A stretch of 63,891 bases of DNA, counting the filler, from Nemertoderma westbladi (Eukaryota > Animalia > Xenacoelomorpha), in the NCBI GenBank assembly GCA_032718475.1. It is 4 parts of 4 records of this genome, joined end to end, with 100 filler letters (N's around TTAATTAATTAA, not from the genome) between each part and the next. Parts side by side here need not be neighbours in the genome. Positions count along the whole stretch, not along the records: positions 8,516 to 26,796 come from JAUCBJ010000334.1; 3 more parts are not named here. One strand, given 5' to 3'. Under the pieces are notes generated by a model. The model had not been told where the DNA came from and searched no databases. It worked only from the letters and a program-made list of their open reading frames with translations. Position numbers and translations under genes: made by a program. This document shows positions 11,786-24,649 of the stretch, piece by piece (within the stretch, counting starts at the first letter, position 1; each line of letters opens with the position of its first letter).

Positions 11786-11896
11786 TCCGAAATGATTAGG
11801 GAGTATGCGCTCTAACCCAGTAGTGCGACTTATTCTTTAGTTGGGGGTTTACCTTACAGCGTTGCTGCCCCTACTTCCTAACCGTACTTAATCGGA
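11786..11896 (-). ncRNA. Structured RNA motif, copy A2 (287-bp period from A1)
   Basis: Same helices; GGUUAGG/CCUAAUC has a G-U pair on the minus strand; loop AAC instead of GAA. Confidence 0.6.
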
Positions 11897-13645
11897 CAAG
11901 TGCTCTACACACACTGCAATTCGTTCGGACTTAACAGCAATCAGACAACAGCTCAGCCTACAAATTGTCTGTACAATCTGATCAGGTTTACACGCCTTCT
12001 GTTCAATACTGGCCTACAAACAAATAAAACTTGACAGAAATAAGTAAAATCTCAATAAAAAACCAGGGCTGCAGTCCCTGATTAATTATTAAGGCCTACT
12101 GGTATATAACAATCAAAATCGAATAATACTGCTGTAGGTACCGGTCCGGATGATCAGGCAGTCAGGCCTACTGGTTACCGGTCGACCGGTACTTTCGACT
12201 TTATTGCTTACTGCAATAAAGAAGCTATATCCTTTAATGTTCGCGCTTTCAGACCTTTGGCAGTTTAACCCGCCAAATTAGAATGTCTTCTAGATAATAA
12301 ATCGCTTTTTAGTCTATGACAAGTATTTGATTCACTACACTAGTCGAAACCAATCCGTGCGCGACCATTCACCCGCTGGATATTCCCGGGAGATTGGGTT
12401 CGACGGTTTAATTTTTATTGCTATGTAAGCCTAATGTATTATTCGACTGACAGTATTATATAATCTCTGACAATATTATTCACCTTCGGTAATATTAACA
12501 GTTCCTTTAGGACGTGGCGCTTTATCTATATAAACAGAGTTATGACTTAAACTACTCACAACGATATGGCTTAATTATAATCCACATATATGACGCATTC
12601 TTTAGGAATTGCTTCTTTAACAGACTCACTCATACACTATGCTGCACAATACTGCACACTAATCTGCCAATCTTCACTGATTTTAGTCACATATAAAAGG
12701 AACACAGGCTGACTCATGTAGGGTCTATCAAATAACATTAGATTCACTTCAAACCACTTTAACATAAGTCACAATCGTTATTGGTAACCTTTCTCTCTTA
12801 CCTTCGGTATATCAAGAATATTGGGTTGCGGGGTTATTTATCGTTATTCCAAATATAATAATTCATCAACCATATTATGAAGAACTGACAGTAAATAGCA
12901 GTATCAAACAACAACTGAACAGTTAGGTAGATCGGTACATCAGTACCGGTATGTCAGCAGTGAGATATTTACAGTGAGATATTCAAGTTAAAGGATATAT
13001 GCCCTTTATAATTAAACCTACTAGTGTACGACTAAAAAGCAGTACAGCACAAAATACTTCCAAGCCGTTCTTTCTTTGGCTCAGGACTGAATGTAAACAC
13101 TGCACATAGGCATTGCGTCATTTCTCGGAAATTTTCTGTACAAGGAGCCACAAAAACGCTCTCATTGGCTGACTGAACTGAGAGACGCCGTAGAACAAAG
13201 GAAATCAACACGTATGAATGTCAGCTGTTAACCGTAGTCATAGTAACTACTGTTCAAGAGTAGCTATCACCCTTTTGCGTCACGAATTGCCATAGAATCA
13301 TAAAATATGCCTTTCACAGTACACATACGGAGAAAATAGGTCTTAGATCCTCTAAAAACACCGATACAGCAATAATACGGTCTCTTACACTTATTAAATC
13401 AACTACAGAGTATTTTAATGTAAAAGATAATAAAAATAACGGGGCAATTCAGCAAAGGCTTTTACAAATACTACAGTAGGCCTAAAACAGTGCTATGCTA
13501 CAGTAATATAGTATTTTTATTGCATTGTGTTACCATTATTAGAGGGAAGTCGTATTGTATTTATTTTTTTTAGGGCCTATAAGGCTTTTTTTGCTAATTT
13601 TGTCCCATTTCAATTCTTTAGAGTTAATTATTTTCAGCGATCTAA

Positions 13646-14304
13646 GGCCCGCCGCCGCACACTAAAGATGCAAGATGCAAAAAAGGTCATCCTCAACGAT
13701 CTATTTTTGCATCTCGGATTATAGAATACATGGTAGACTATGGGCGGCCGTACACTAGAGATGCAAGATGCATGATACATTCTTTGAAAAGTACATTAGG
13801 CCTAAAATAATCAAAGTAATATTAGCGTGTGTTGCCACCCAAAATTATATTGTACTGTACCTCGGTGCAATTAGCAGTTTTTCCTTCGCTCCAATCGCTT
13901 TTCTAAACTTGGTGCTACACTTTCGGATGTTTCCTTCACCAATGGACGGGCATGCGAGTATATTTCGGAAATACTGTGTATCTGTGGTCGGGATCAGTCG
14001 GAGACAGTTGATCAAATATCTTTACCAAAACGCCAGCCACAGGTCTCTTGGATGGATGTCTCCAACGCTTTCGTGAAATGAGTTTAGTTTGTTCCCACAA
14101 CATATACAGAAACAGTTTCAATAACTTCATCATCACTGTCATCAATTGAAAATTAAATAATATGTGGATGGTCAGAAACGCAATAAATAAATAACATAAA
14201 AGCTATCAATATATAAAATAAAATACGATGCATCTTGCATCTCTAGTGTACTTCGGGAACGATTTTTGCATCTTGTATCGTGCATCTCTAGTGTGCGGCG
14301 GGCC
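13646..14304 (-). mobile_element. Non-autonomous PIF/Harbinger DNA transposon with transposase remnant
   Basis: TIRs GGCCCGCCG..CACACTA(A/G)AGATGCA and its reverse complement, flanked by TAA/TTA. Internal remnant RKRWRHP..G..F.KYTRM..KCSTKFRKAIGAKEKLLIA.RY is typical of Harbinger transposase N-termini. Confidence 0.75.
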
Positions 14305-15273
14305 TTAAAGTACCAACTAAACTATAGGTTATGTTCACGAGGATGTCTGACTGTTTTAACCTCCTCCCATTTTTAATTGTTTGTAATCCTTTGGAAGTGA
14401 TATTTCGACATGTATCTACTACAACATAAGCCTTAATGTATCATGTTGTACCGTAGTAGATACCAGCCAAATAAAGCAGCTTTATACTGATGGGAACGCT
14501 CACTCATTTGACGTTTTAATTTGAAATGGTGAATAAGTTTATCTACTAGAAAGCCTTTCTTGTCTCTCTAAACTCTCTAAAAAAGTGGAAGTATCTGAAG
14601 AAGCTGAAGCCCCTTTACAGTAGTATCGCAGTAATTATACGGTATAGTATTTACCTATAGTATTTGCCTTTAATAGACTGATACCGGCAGGCTTTTCTAG
14701 CCAAAACAATAAACGCTTAATTATTAATGATAGAGGAAAATGGTCATGTTATAGAGAAGCTTGTTTTTCTAACCAAAACACAATAAACGATCTCTTTAAA
14801 ATTTAAGATAATTTATCAGACTTTTGTGTCTGGTAAAGTACCTACATATATATAAACATGTCCGGATATTGAGGGAAATCCACCAGGTTTTAACTTTACA
14901 GACAGGCTAAGGGGGTTCGCATCCTTGTTGAACGATAAATTGTATGTAAACCTTAATTGTATCAACGTTCATCAAATCCGCATTCAGGGTAAAGATAGAG
15001 GCGCAATGGAATGTAATTCTACAGATGGACTGATAGAGAAATAATAAAGAATATAAAAAAAGTTCCAACGTCTACTGTATATACAGTATTTCTAAATTGT
15101 ATGACAGTCTTACTTACTGTACTTTCCCTGGAGCAGTAATAGCACGGTGCAATTAGGGATTATTTGTTGCCCTCGCCCGAAATAGCCTAATAGGCGTTCC
15201 TACCAAGTACCAAGTTTTATTATCTTGGTGTACTGGCGGACAATACTGCCTTAACACAGTAATACTTTGGGTA

Positions 15274-15459
15274 AAATCGGTTTCAGTACACCCACTTGGA
15301 AACTTTTTGAAGTTCCAAAAACCATTTATTTTCTGATGTACTGTAACTGTACTGGTATATATACCAATTGAGGTAAAGGAGCAGGTTACAGAGGCGGGCA
15401 TTTCTAACCAAAACAATAAACGATCACTTTACCAAAGGTGGGTGTACTGAAACCGATTT
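15274..15459. repeat. Small inverted-repeat element (MITE-like)
   Basis: 22-bp perfect inverted repeat AAATCGGTTTCAGTACACCCAC at 15274-15295 and 15438-15459. Confidence 0.55.
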
Positions 15460-17010
15460 GAGCCAATATTTTAGCTCTGCGTACGTGTTTAATAACCGTA
15501 GTTAGGATAGTAGTTAGTAGTTAGTTAGGATGCTGCATTGTTAAACTGTAAAGAAGTAACCTGACTACCGGTACAGAGCTGTACTACTGATGTACTGTAC
15601 AGTAGATCAATAGCAGTGATTCAGTCTTCTGTCAATATATAAGACCTGCAGACATGCGAATAATGATTACTAGCAATACTGATTATTGCGGATTGCCGAG
15701 TACTGTATTTTTTTTTATCTAAATTGCAATATAATTGGTATAATTCCTATCAGATATGCTAATAAACTAAGGTGAATCCTGGTTGACCTTTAATATATCT
15801 ACGCATATAATAGAATCACACGGTGTGTTAGTTATTTATTAATAAAGTCGGGTAAATCAATGATTGTTGATTATTTGTGAGTCTTACTTAGTGAGTGCAA
15901 CTTACGGCACAATACAACCAACATATATAGAATGAATAAACTTGTAAACGTTTGTATGGTTGGTAATAATGGTGGTATGGTGAATAATAATGAATGAAAT
16001 TGATTGAAAAAATATTGGCATGATGATTTAGTGAAGGAAGTGCCGAAGTATCGTCTTTGGGAATATAATTAGCCTATTCATTATACTTTTAAATCATTCA
16101 TTCACTTTTTTCAATATTCTTAGGGCCTTTTTTTACCGAGCGATAGCGAGGTTAATATAGGGTCGAGACTCGAGGGAATATAATTTTATTTTAATTTAAT
16201 TTATAACTATAATTTTTGGACCAATCATTTAAGATTGATGATTTAGCGGGAAATTTAATATCTATTAAAAATGGAGAGTCTCTTTTAATTTAGTTTTTGC
16301 TCAAAATTCCCTATTCAGATATTTTGATGCGTTTGGCGAGTCAGTATGGAGTATAACAGATACATCTGATGAAACTAAATCCCCTGATTTTTAATTTTGC
16401 TTCAAAAACTAGATTTATTTGTCGCCCAATAAACATCTAAAATTACTAAAAAAAAGTAATCATTGGCATAATTCAGCCACCATAGAGATCTTATTAATTT
16501 ACCCAAATACCAAATACCATAGTATAGTAGTCGTAATAATGAAAAAAAATAAAACATAATTGCAGTTTTAAATCCGTGATGCAGAAAAATTTATTTACAG
16601 TAGGCCTAGTGCTAAATAATTTAATTTGTAGCCATAAATCATCTCATTTTGGGTGGCATTCTATTAATGGGAAATTCGAAACACCAGTAGCAAACTGTAG
16701 TACCACGGTATACCGCAGTATGTACAGTATTTATGTTCTATTATATTCTATTTCATTCCATTCTACTACAGTACGTACTCCCAATTTGCCATTAATGTAC
16801 TTGTAAGTTCTTAAAATAAAACTTATTTCCGTTAGTACTGTATATAGGCAGGATAGGGATTGGCTATGTCATAATAATATTCCAACAAATAAATACACCA
16901 CACTAGCCAACTAGGATCAACTAAAAAAACGGAGGTATTAATCATACAGCCTGTTTCGTTGTTATCAGGTTATTGCTGTAGTATCAGATTGTCTGACAGG
17001 GCTGCAGGGG

Positions 17011-17270
17011 GTGACACGTTCGTGGGGCCTTCGCGCAGCACGAGGTCCAGTTATGAGATACAAATTAAAATTAAGCGACTGTATCACAAAATCAGGTTTT
17101 GAGAAATTTACCCACACCACCAATCAATCAAAGAAAGGGGGACAGTACGTGTTCACCCCTTTTAATCCCCCCCCCCCCCCCCCCACCCTTCTCAACCACC
17201 AATACATAACCGTGACATCTACCACCCACGGAAGGGTAGAACGAACTTATTTCCAATCGCACGTTCAATA
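17011..17270 (+). mobile_element. Helentron/HINE-like interspersed repeat fragment (contains the empty site of the LTR insertion)
   Basis: Hairpin GGGCCTTCGCGCAGCACGAGGTCC plus downstream sequence recurring inverted at ~31110-31930, 38945-39155 and 40210-40365. Confidence 0.6.
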
Positions 17271-18984
17271 TGCAAAGCCAGGTGGTGTATATGAATATAA
17301 TCAACGCCGTACTCGTCTTAATTATTATAAGCGTCGTTCAATCGTTGCGCTCGTCCAGAGTAAGTCCCCCCCCCCCCCCCCCCCCCCCCCTATCAGAAAG
17401 ATTTACTCAACAAAAAATAGTGTAAATAAATAAACAACTACAAGGATAAGAGGTCATGTGTAGGAAAGCTAATCAGACGATACCTTTACTAATATATTGA
17501 GCTGCATTGATCTATACATAGTAATGTTGGGTGATGGGGGGGGGGTTAGGGGGTGTCTGGGTGGGTTGTTAGTATTAGGGTGCACAATATCGACGCACGC
17601 GCAGGAATGTGTTGATGTTTAATAGCACCGCATTCCCGCGTTAGAAAGCATCCCCAATTGGAATAAATAAATAAATTAAACGCGTTTCGTTATGTTCCTC
17701 GACTTATATTATTCTCTCCACGGACGAGTTATTAGCTGCTAGACAGGTAGACCTAGTCCCCCACAACAACGGTCATACCTTCAATCAATCAATCAATTGA
17801 GCTCATATGAGCTCGTATATTAGTTTTATTTATAAATTGAAATCTCACGAATTAATAGGCCTATTAGCTGATTAGTGAACTATCATATGTTAGACCATAT
17901 ATATATATTATATATTATGGACCTTATCAAAATAGCGGTTGTACTGGGGCGGTATATGTTGTTCTCTAACCCACTGCAAGCGCATTTGAGGGGCCGGTAT
18001 GTTTTAATAACTTCTGGTACAACGGGATGCAGTATTACAGCGCCAAGTAGATTTAATCTGTTCAGAATATTCCGGACGCTAAGTTCATGTCATTCCCGAT
18101 AAGTCGGGACTTTACAAAACTCGTGGATAAAACCGCGTGTAGCAGAGAGCAGATAAATTGGGTTGAATTGCAAAACAGAATAATATGGAACTGTAAGTGG
18201 AACTGCGGCGATTTGGGTTTTTTTGTTATGGTGAATAGTCAGCCTGTCCGCGATATGTTCAGCTGCCCTTTTTAATGGGTTGCAGGTACAAATGAAATAC
18301 ACATTTCAGTTACTAAAATAAAAGTGGCGCTTATTATTGTACATTTACAACAACAATTATATAAATGCAATATGCCTGATCCCTATTAATGTACTTTGTA
18401 CCGCCAATTCTGTAATTCAATAACGCAAAGCCGCGTTTACTGTACAGCAGCACGTAATATATTTGATACTTATTATATTAACTAAACTAACAAACCGCAA
18501 GGCCTACTTACCGAAATAAATTAACTTTCAGTTAAATACAATATACTTGTTTGCTCTGTAAAAATTTTAATTAAAAACAATCCTGCCATTTAATATACCT
18601 AATTAGCATGGTTGCGTAAGCAGTATGAATTGGAATGAAATTGTGAAATAATTTATTTAAACTATTATGTACATTTAGATTAAATAATAATACAGTAAGT
18701 TGGCCTACAGAAATAAACATTGATATTCGGAACAGTAAAACAATTATTTATTTCATTCATTCAACTAACCAGAGAGACTCGACTCATAGCTCCAGTGAAT
18801 ATTAACATCCCGAAGTTACTTTAGTAATAATATTAATGTCATTGAACCCGATACACACACACCTCCAATCAGCCAGTTCAATGGAGAGTGAGTGAATGGA
18901 TGGCTACCAGCAGCAGCAGCAGTCTGCCTCTTACAAGCGAGGCTGACTGAATACCTCAAGTGTTGCTGGGAAACAAGCCAACTT

Positions 18985-19470
18985 GAGTTAACCAATAAAT
19001 GAGCAGTATTTAATGAGAATACATTTTTTATGCCGGTTTAATTACTTTAGATCAATTAAAGACACGATTATTAAAGCAAATCACTTGAACTAATTAAAAA
19101 CTATAATAGAATGGAGTATGCGGATTACATCTGTATATTTTTTAAGTATAATTATTGAAGTCTTATACTGTAAAACAATTAATTTCCTTTAAAAGGCAGG
19201 TTGAAAATGGTGTTTTTACCGTAATCAACTTAATTAACTAATTAACTGCTATTATCTTAGCTTCTCGAAGGCCACACGGAAATTCTACTTGGAAAATTTC
19301 TAAACTTTTGCCAAACAACATGTGTACCAAGTTTGGATAGATTTCATCAAAGATTGGCCGAGTTATTAACGTTTAAAATTGAACACGACAGAACGACAGA
19401 ACGACAGAACGACAGGTTGATTAATGGTACCACTACGCTAAGGCTCACTCACTTCGTGGCTCGCCCCACA
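18985..19470 (+). mobile_element. Helentron/HINE (DINE-1-like) non-autonomous element
   Basis: GTACCAAGTTTGG core, (ACGACAGA)n microsatellite and 3' stem-loop GGCTCACTCACTTCGTGGCTCGCC. Related inverted copies at ~30395-30690, 31890-32320 and 39110-39545. Confidence 0.65.
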
Positions 19471-19536
19471 TTGAATTCAGGAATTTCATACCAGTTCAGC
19501 AGTTTACTGCGGTATACAGCAATACAGGTATACCGT

Positions 19537-19870
19537 CCCTATTGAAAAGTTTTACATGTACAGATGTACGCCGAGCACGTTCGGCGCAGCACTAGAACTT
19601 GCGCCGGGAGCTGGCGCAGAAATGTGCTACGCCGGGCAATGAGCCGGAAGGGTCGGCGCAGAGATGTGCTACGCCGGCGTAGCCGGCGGAGCACTGGCAA
19701 TGGTAGAGATGCTGCGCTCGGCGCAGCAGGCGTCGAAATATTCCCGGCGTCGACGCTGCAGAAATTGACCCGGCGCCGGAGCAGGAATCAGCCCAGCACA
19801 CCCGGCGTACATCTGTCTGTCTGTACATATTCTGCATATTTCTGTATTTGCCTGGCGCAGAAATCAGTCG
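19537..19870 (+). mobile_element. DNA transposon end with GC-rich GCCGGC subterminal repeats
   Basis: Starts CCCTATTGAAAAGTTTTA; an inverted near-match ends at 24869. Confidence 0.45.
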
Positions 19871-20339
19871 AACCTAGCACCAGGCAGACAGCTGGACAGA
19901 GAGATTGAGACAGCAGACATGCGTTCATCAGACCAACAGCACAGCAACACAATAACAACTGGCCATGCTGCCATGCAGGAGGCAGAAAGGAAACTCACAC
20001 TGCAGCACTGGCTGACTGCAACTGGTCATTTATTTACGTATTTAACCTTACAGCCTTATGCTGTTATGCAGTAGGCAGGTAGGCTATCACAGTTCCAGCT
20101 ATCAGCTGATCAGTCATTATTGCTATTGGTCATGTAGTCAGTTTATTTATTTACATAATATTGCTGTATTGTATACCGGTAAGCTATATTTATATTATAT
20201 TATATTATTTGGATGGAGACACCGCTGTCATAGAAGCGTATAAATAAAACTGCACATATAATAAAACAGGCAGACAGAATGAAGTTGAACAGTGAATAAA
20301 ACGAAACGACTTATACTAAGGCACTCTTGATAATGAAAC

Positions 20340-20990
20340 AATTTACTACCGACACACATGTGTAACCATTGGAAATTGCAGTTCAACGACTCCAAGTACA
20401 AGGTCATGCATGCATCTATGTTCTAGAAATCCCCAAGCAACTTTTTACACAATGAATGGACGGACACTTTTATCGGCAACCGAGGAACGTGATTTTGGAA
20501 CATGCGAGTCGTACATTTAATACGAAGAACTTTTACATATTTGGAAGCTCCGATGTTTACCCTCTGACCCTGTTATACAAATCCCTTGTTCGGCCACTCC
20601 TTGAATACGACACAGTTGTTTGTTCGCCATTCCTCCGACATGATAAATATTGAACGTCTTGAACAAGTACAACACCGTGTGGACTCGCCTTGTACAGTTG
20701 TACTATCGCTGGCTGAGTTGTCATATGAAAACCGACTACCTGCACTCAAACTACCGACATTAATATATCGCCGTGTACTAGCCGACCTTATAACAACATA
20801 CAAGTTTATCAACGGGATTGACAAAATTGAGCGAAGTAATTTCTTCCAGTTTCGTTCCTAACTCCACCAATGCTAACACGCAACAACTTTGCAGACAGCG
20901 TTGTAAACATTTGGAATCCTTTACCATTACCGGAAAGTGTTGTTAATGTAATGCACGTAATGCCTTTGTTACTCCATGATTGAGGATATT
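20340..20990 (+). pseudogene. Degenerate CR1-clade LINE, 3' RT fragment
   Basis: Frameshifted LYKSLVRPLLEY..SPF / LEQVQ..LSYENRL.ALKLPTLIYRR..ADLITTYKFINGID. Confidence 0.8.
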
Positions 20991-22096
20991 CAAATATAGA
21001 CTAGACTGCGAAATGTCCCTTAAAATGAATAGGGCCTACAGTATATAGTGATACTCCTGTGCGCCAAGTGGCAGTAGCGAAAGCGATATCTTTCGGATAC
21101 AACGGTATCTTTATTAAAATCTAGCTACAGTACCTATTATTTACATTTTTTCAATCCCAAAAAAACATTTTTTTGCGTTAAATTTTAAAATAAGTGTTTT
21201 TTTATTTTTAATTGTTTTCCTATCTTTTGTAGTTACTTTACTTTGCGCGTTTTATTTCAGCAGTAATATTTTACTTATGCGACATACGGTACTACCTACG
21301 GTACCAAATGTATGTTCCGTATAACTACGTATTTTTGTGTTGTATCCTATAGAGTATTGTAAACTTGTCCTTATTAATATGTTTGCCTTTAGTACTGTAT
21401 GTTGTTGAAGCCCTTGAACCTAAGTATGCTTTGCCGGTTTTTAATTTAATTTTACTGTAATCATTTTTTTTAATAATTAACATGCACCAACTGTAAGTAC
21501 TGTAAATAAACTATAATTTTAATTATTTTACTAATTTTACCTGAATACCATTATCCGTATTTTTAGTACAATAGTACATACGCTTATTAGCGTACTTTGC
21601 AGATATGTGTTAATTTTATTTTAATCTACTGTATGTGTACGTACATGTGCAAAAATTAGTATTTTATTGTTATTCTGGCGATATTAATAACATAACATAA
21701 CATAGAGCTAGTCATTATTTATTCAGACATACCGTATCTGTAGCATAGACGTATAGGACCACATTACGTAGTATGTAATAAAGTAGAACGTAGTACATAA
21801 ATACAAGGACTATTGTAGGCCAACTGAAGTAGTCTTTAATATTCTTTCTATAATTCATATTGTAACATTTGAGTAATTTCAAAAAATGTACACTTTACTT
21901 GACAACAACATGCAGTGTTTCTTCAGTAGTTGTTTCGTAATGTTACACTTTTGGAATAAAACAACGTACCTACTGTACTTGTTGCATTTGTCTTTATTAA
22001 GGTTTTCCGTCTCTGTATCCTTATTTTCATTTCACCCACCCACAACTTTCGTTCGTTTAAGTAACAACTCGGATTAGTGCAGCTGCAGTATTATAG

Positions 22097-24568
22097 GGGT
22101 CCTACTAAATACTACAAAAAGTACAAAACAAGCACAAAAAAAGTAAAGAAAAGCACAAAAAAGTAAAAAAAAGCACAAAAAAGTAAAAAAAAAAGCACAA
22201 AAAAACATTCTCACATCAAGAGACATGGGGGGGGGGGGGGGGGGCGAAAATATGAGAGATATTTGTTACAGACACCCCCCACATACGAAGGTAACCCATA
22301 CGCCTATGATTGATTAATTTGCAACGTTCTGACCTACAGTATGTAAAGGCCACAATACTGCAAAGTGTATTTGTAATTAAAATCACTATAAAAAAACATA
22401 ATCAAACACATACAGTATAGAATAGATTAATAGCTTAATAAAACTACAGTAAATTACGATCGTGGGAAAGAACACCCAGGATCTAAGGCACTCATGGGGG
22501 TCGTCAATTAAGGTAAAATAAAATAGAATATTGACATATAAGATAAGTACGCATGAACTCCTAAACAACATTGCAAACAATCTGGCAGTTATAGAAATTT
22601 CAAAGTATACAGTAGTGTTACAACATAGTGGTTAAACCCAGGCAGGAACTGTGTTTCCAACAGACGCAGATATCGTAACCAAGGCAGTTCCGACCTAAGC
22701 GAGATTCTTGCAAGTATGACTATGACTAATATCATCATACTTGTCCTGCGTAAGAGCCAAAACGGATTTCGACCAAGTAGATCAACAATAGCTCAGATAC
22801 TTGCACTACGGAGACTGATTGAAGGAATTAAGTCAAAGAATCTCCCCGCAGTCATGACTTTTGTGGACTTCAAGAAGGCATTCGACTCCATCCATAGAGG
22901 TAAAATGCTTGAAATCCTAAGAGCTTATGGAATACCAGAAGTAATTGTTGCTGGCATTGGATTGCTATATTGTGACACAGAAGCGCAGGTACTCTCACCA
23001 GATGGTGAAACTGAGTTTTTCTCAATCCTGGCTGGCGTACTGCAAGGTGACACATTAGCACCATTACTATTTGTAATTGTGCTGGATTATGCAATGAGGA
23101 CGGCCACAAAGGGTGAAGATCTGGGATTCACACTTCAAGAACGCAGAAGTAGTAGATATCCGGCAACTACAGTCACAGACACCGACTTTGCGGATGACAT
23201 CGCCCTGCTCTCTAATACGCTAGCAGATGCACAGCTTCTACTAAATAAAGTGGAGAGGGCTGCTAAGGAGGTTGGATTGCATATAAATGCTACCAAGACC
23301 GAATTCATGACCTTTAATGTTGATGGAAACTTGACAACCATTGATAATAATCAACTAAGGCAGGTCGGTGACTTCCAGTACCTTGGATCATGGATAGAGA
23401 GTAGCAAAAAGGACATAGAAGTTAGGAAAGCAAAGGCTTGGGTAGCTCTATCAAAAATGGATACCATCTGGAAATCAGATCTCTCCAGGCACCTGAAGAC
23501 CAAGTTCTTTCGAGCCACAGTGGAAAGTGTATTTTTATACGGGGGTGAAACCTGGACACTGACTAAATCACTTGAACAACGAATTGATGGTTGCTACACA
23601 AGACTACTAAGGGCAGCCCTAAACATCAGCTGGAGACAACACATGACAAACGCCGAGCTTTATGGTACAATACCACCTGTATCAACCACCCTCCGTGAAC
23701 GCAGATTAAGATTCAGTGGGCACTGCTGGCGAAGTAAAGACGAGGTCATACCAGATCTACTTCTCTGGCAACCAACTCATGGAAAGCGTAGTCGTGGACG
23801 ACCTGCCATAACATATATAGATCAACTTGAAAGGGATACTGAACTTGGGAGAAACGAAATTGCGACAACTATGGAGAATCGGGAAGCCTGGGGGGATCTC
23901 ATTTCCACTGTCCGAGTTCGCTCGACCTAGTAGTAGTAGTACTTGTCCTCAGACGTTATCGATCGCCCACTCGAGAGGTTCGGGCAGACCGTGATGTGAT
24001 AATTGTACAGTATGTCGATTTATCGGTGAACAAAGGCATTCCAATAACAGAATAATCGCGATTTCGGTCAACACTGACATATCCAGTTTACAAGCGCCTA
24101 TGCTGCGTCGCTACATGTCCCGTTACAAGTAATTAACCAGAACGCTGATAAATTGACATAATGTGACAATAACAAAGTCTATTACAGTATTATAAGTTCT
24201 ATCCTGATATTTGAATTGAACCATCTTTACATACTGACATTAGCCTGATATTGCACTAGGGTGCTCCTGGTAGGGCTGTACCTGTAAGTGCTGGTACTCA
24301 CTCACTGGCAGCTATATGAAAGCATACTGGACATGTGATTATCCTTCCGGTAGCCTAGACACTACTGCACTACATGATATTGCTTCTATCAGTCTATCAT
24401 CTGTTCTATTACAAGCTCAATAAACAGCTATCAGTTTGCTTTTTTGTGCTTTTTTTTTACTTTTTTGTGCTTTTTTTTTACCTTTTTTGTGCTTTTTTTG
24501 TGCTTTTTTGTGCTTTTCTTGACTTTTTTGTGCTTGTTTTGTGCTTTTTGTAGTATTTAGTAGGACCC
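22097..24568. mobile_element. Mutator-like (MULE) non-autonomous element
   Basis: TIRs GGGTCCTACTAAATACTACAAAAAG followed by A-rich repeats (~110-130 bp); perfect 9-bp TSD GTATTATAG at 22088-22096 and 24569-24577. Confidence 0.85.
22748..23939 (+). mobile_element. 5'-truncated RTE-clade LINE with uninterrupted RT reading frame, inserted in the MULE
   Basis: QNGFR, FVDFKKAFDS, GVLQGDTLAP, DFADD and YLGS motifs; stop followed by a (TAG)n tail; TSD TACTTGTCCT at 22738-22747 and 23940-23949. Confidence 0.93.
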
Positions 24569-24649
24569 GTATTATAGATAACCGAATAAACTACAGGTAC
24601 TTGGTACTGTACAGTATACCACGCAGATTTTATGTTTTATACCAGTCAG

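Larger units (their letters stand above)
8516..13466 (-). mobile_element. Copy A of a large repeated element (candidate LTR retrotransposon with very long 5' leader)
   Basis: 11035-13466 is homologous in inverted orientation to 61462-63891. Similarity begins at TGTAAAAGC in both copies. CCAAT and TGACG motifs are conserved in the first ~350 bp. Confidence 0.7.

Noticed and set aside
22716-22747. ATG start for the RTE RT ORF
   Set aside because: It lies outside the TSD-defined insertion, in MULE sequence; probably fortuitous.
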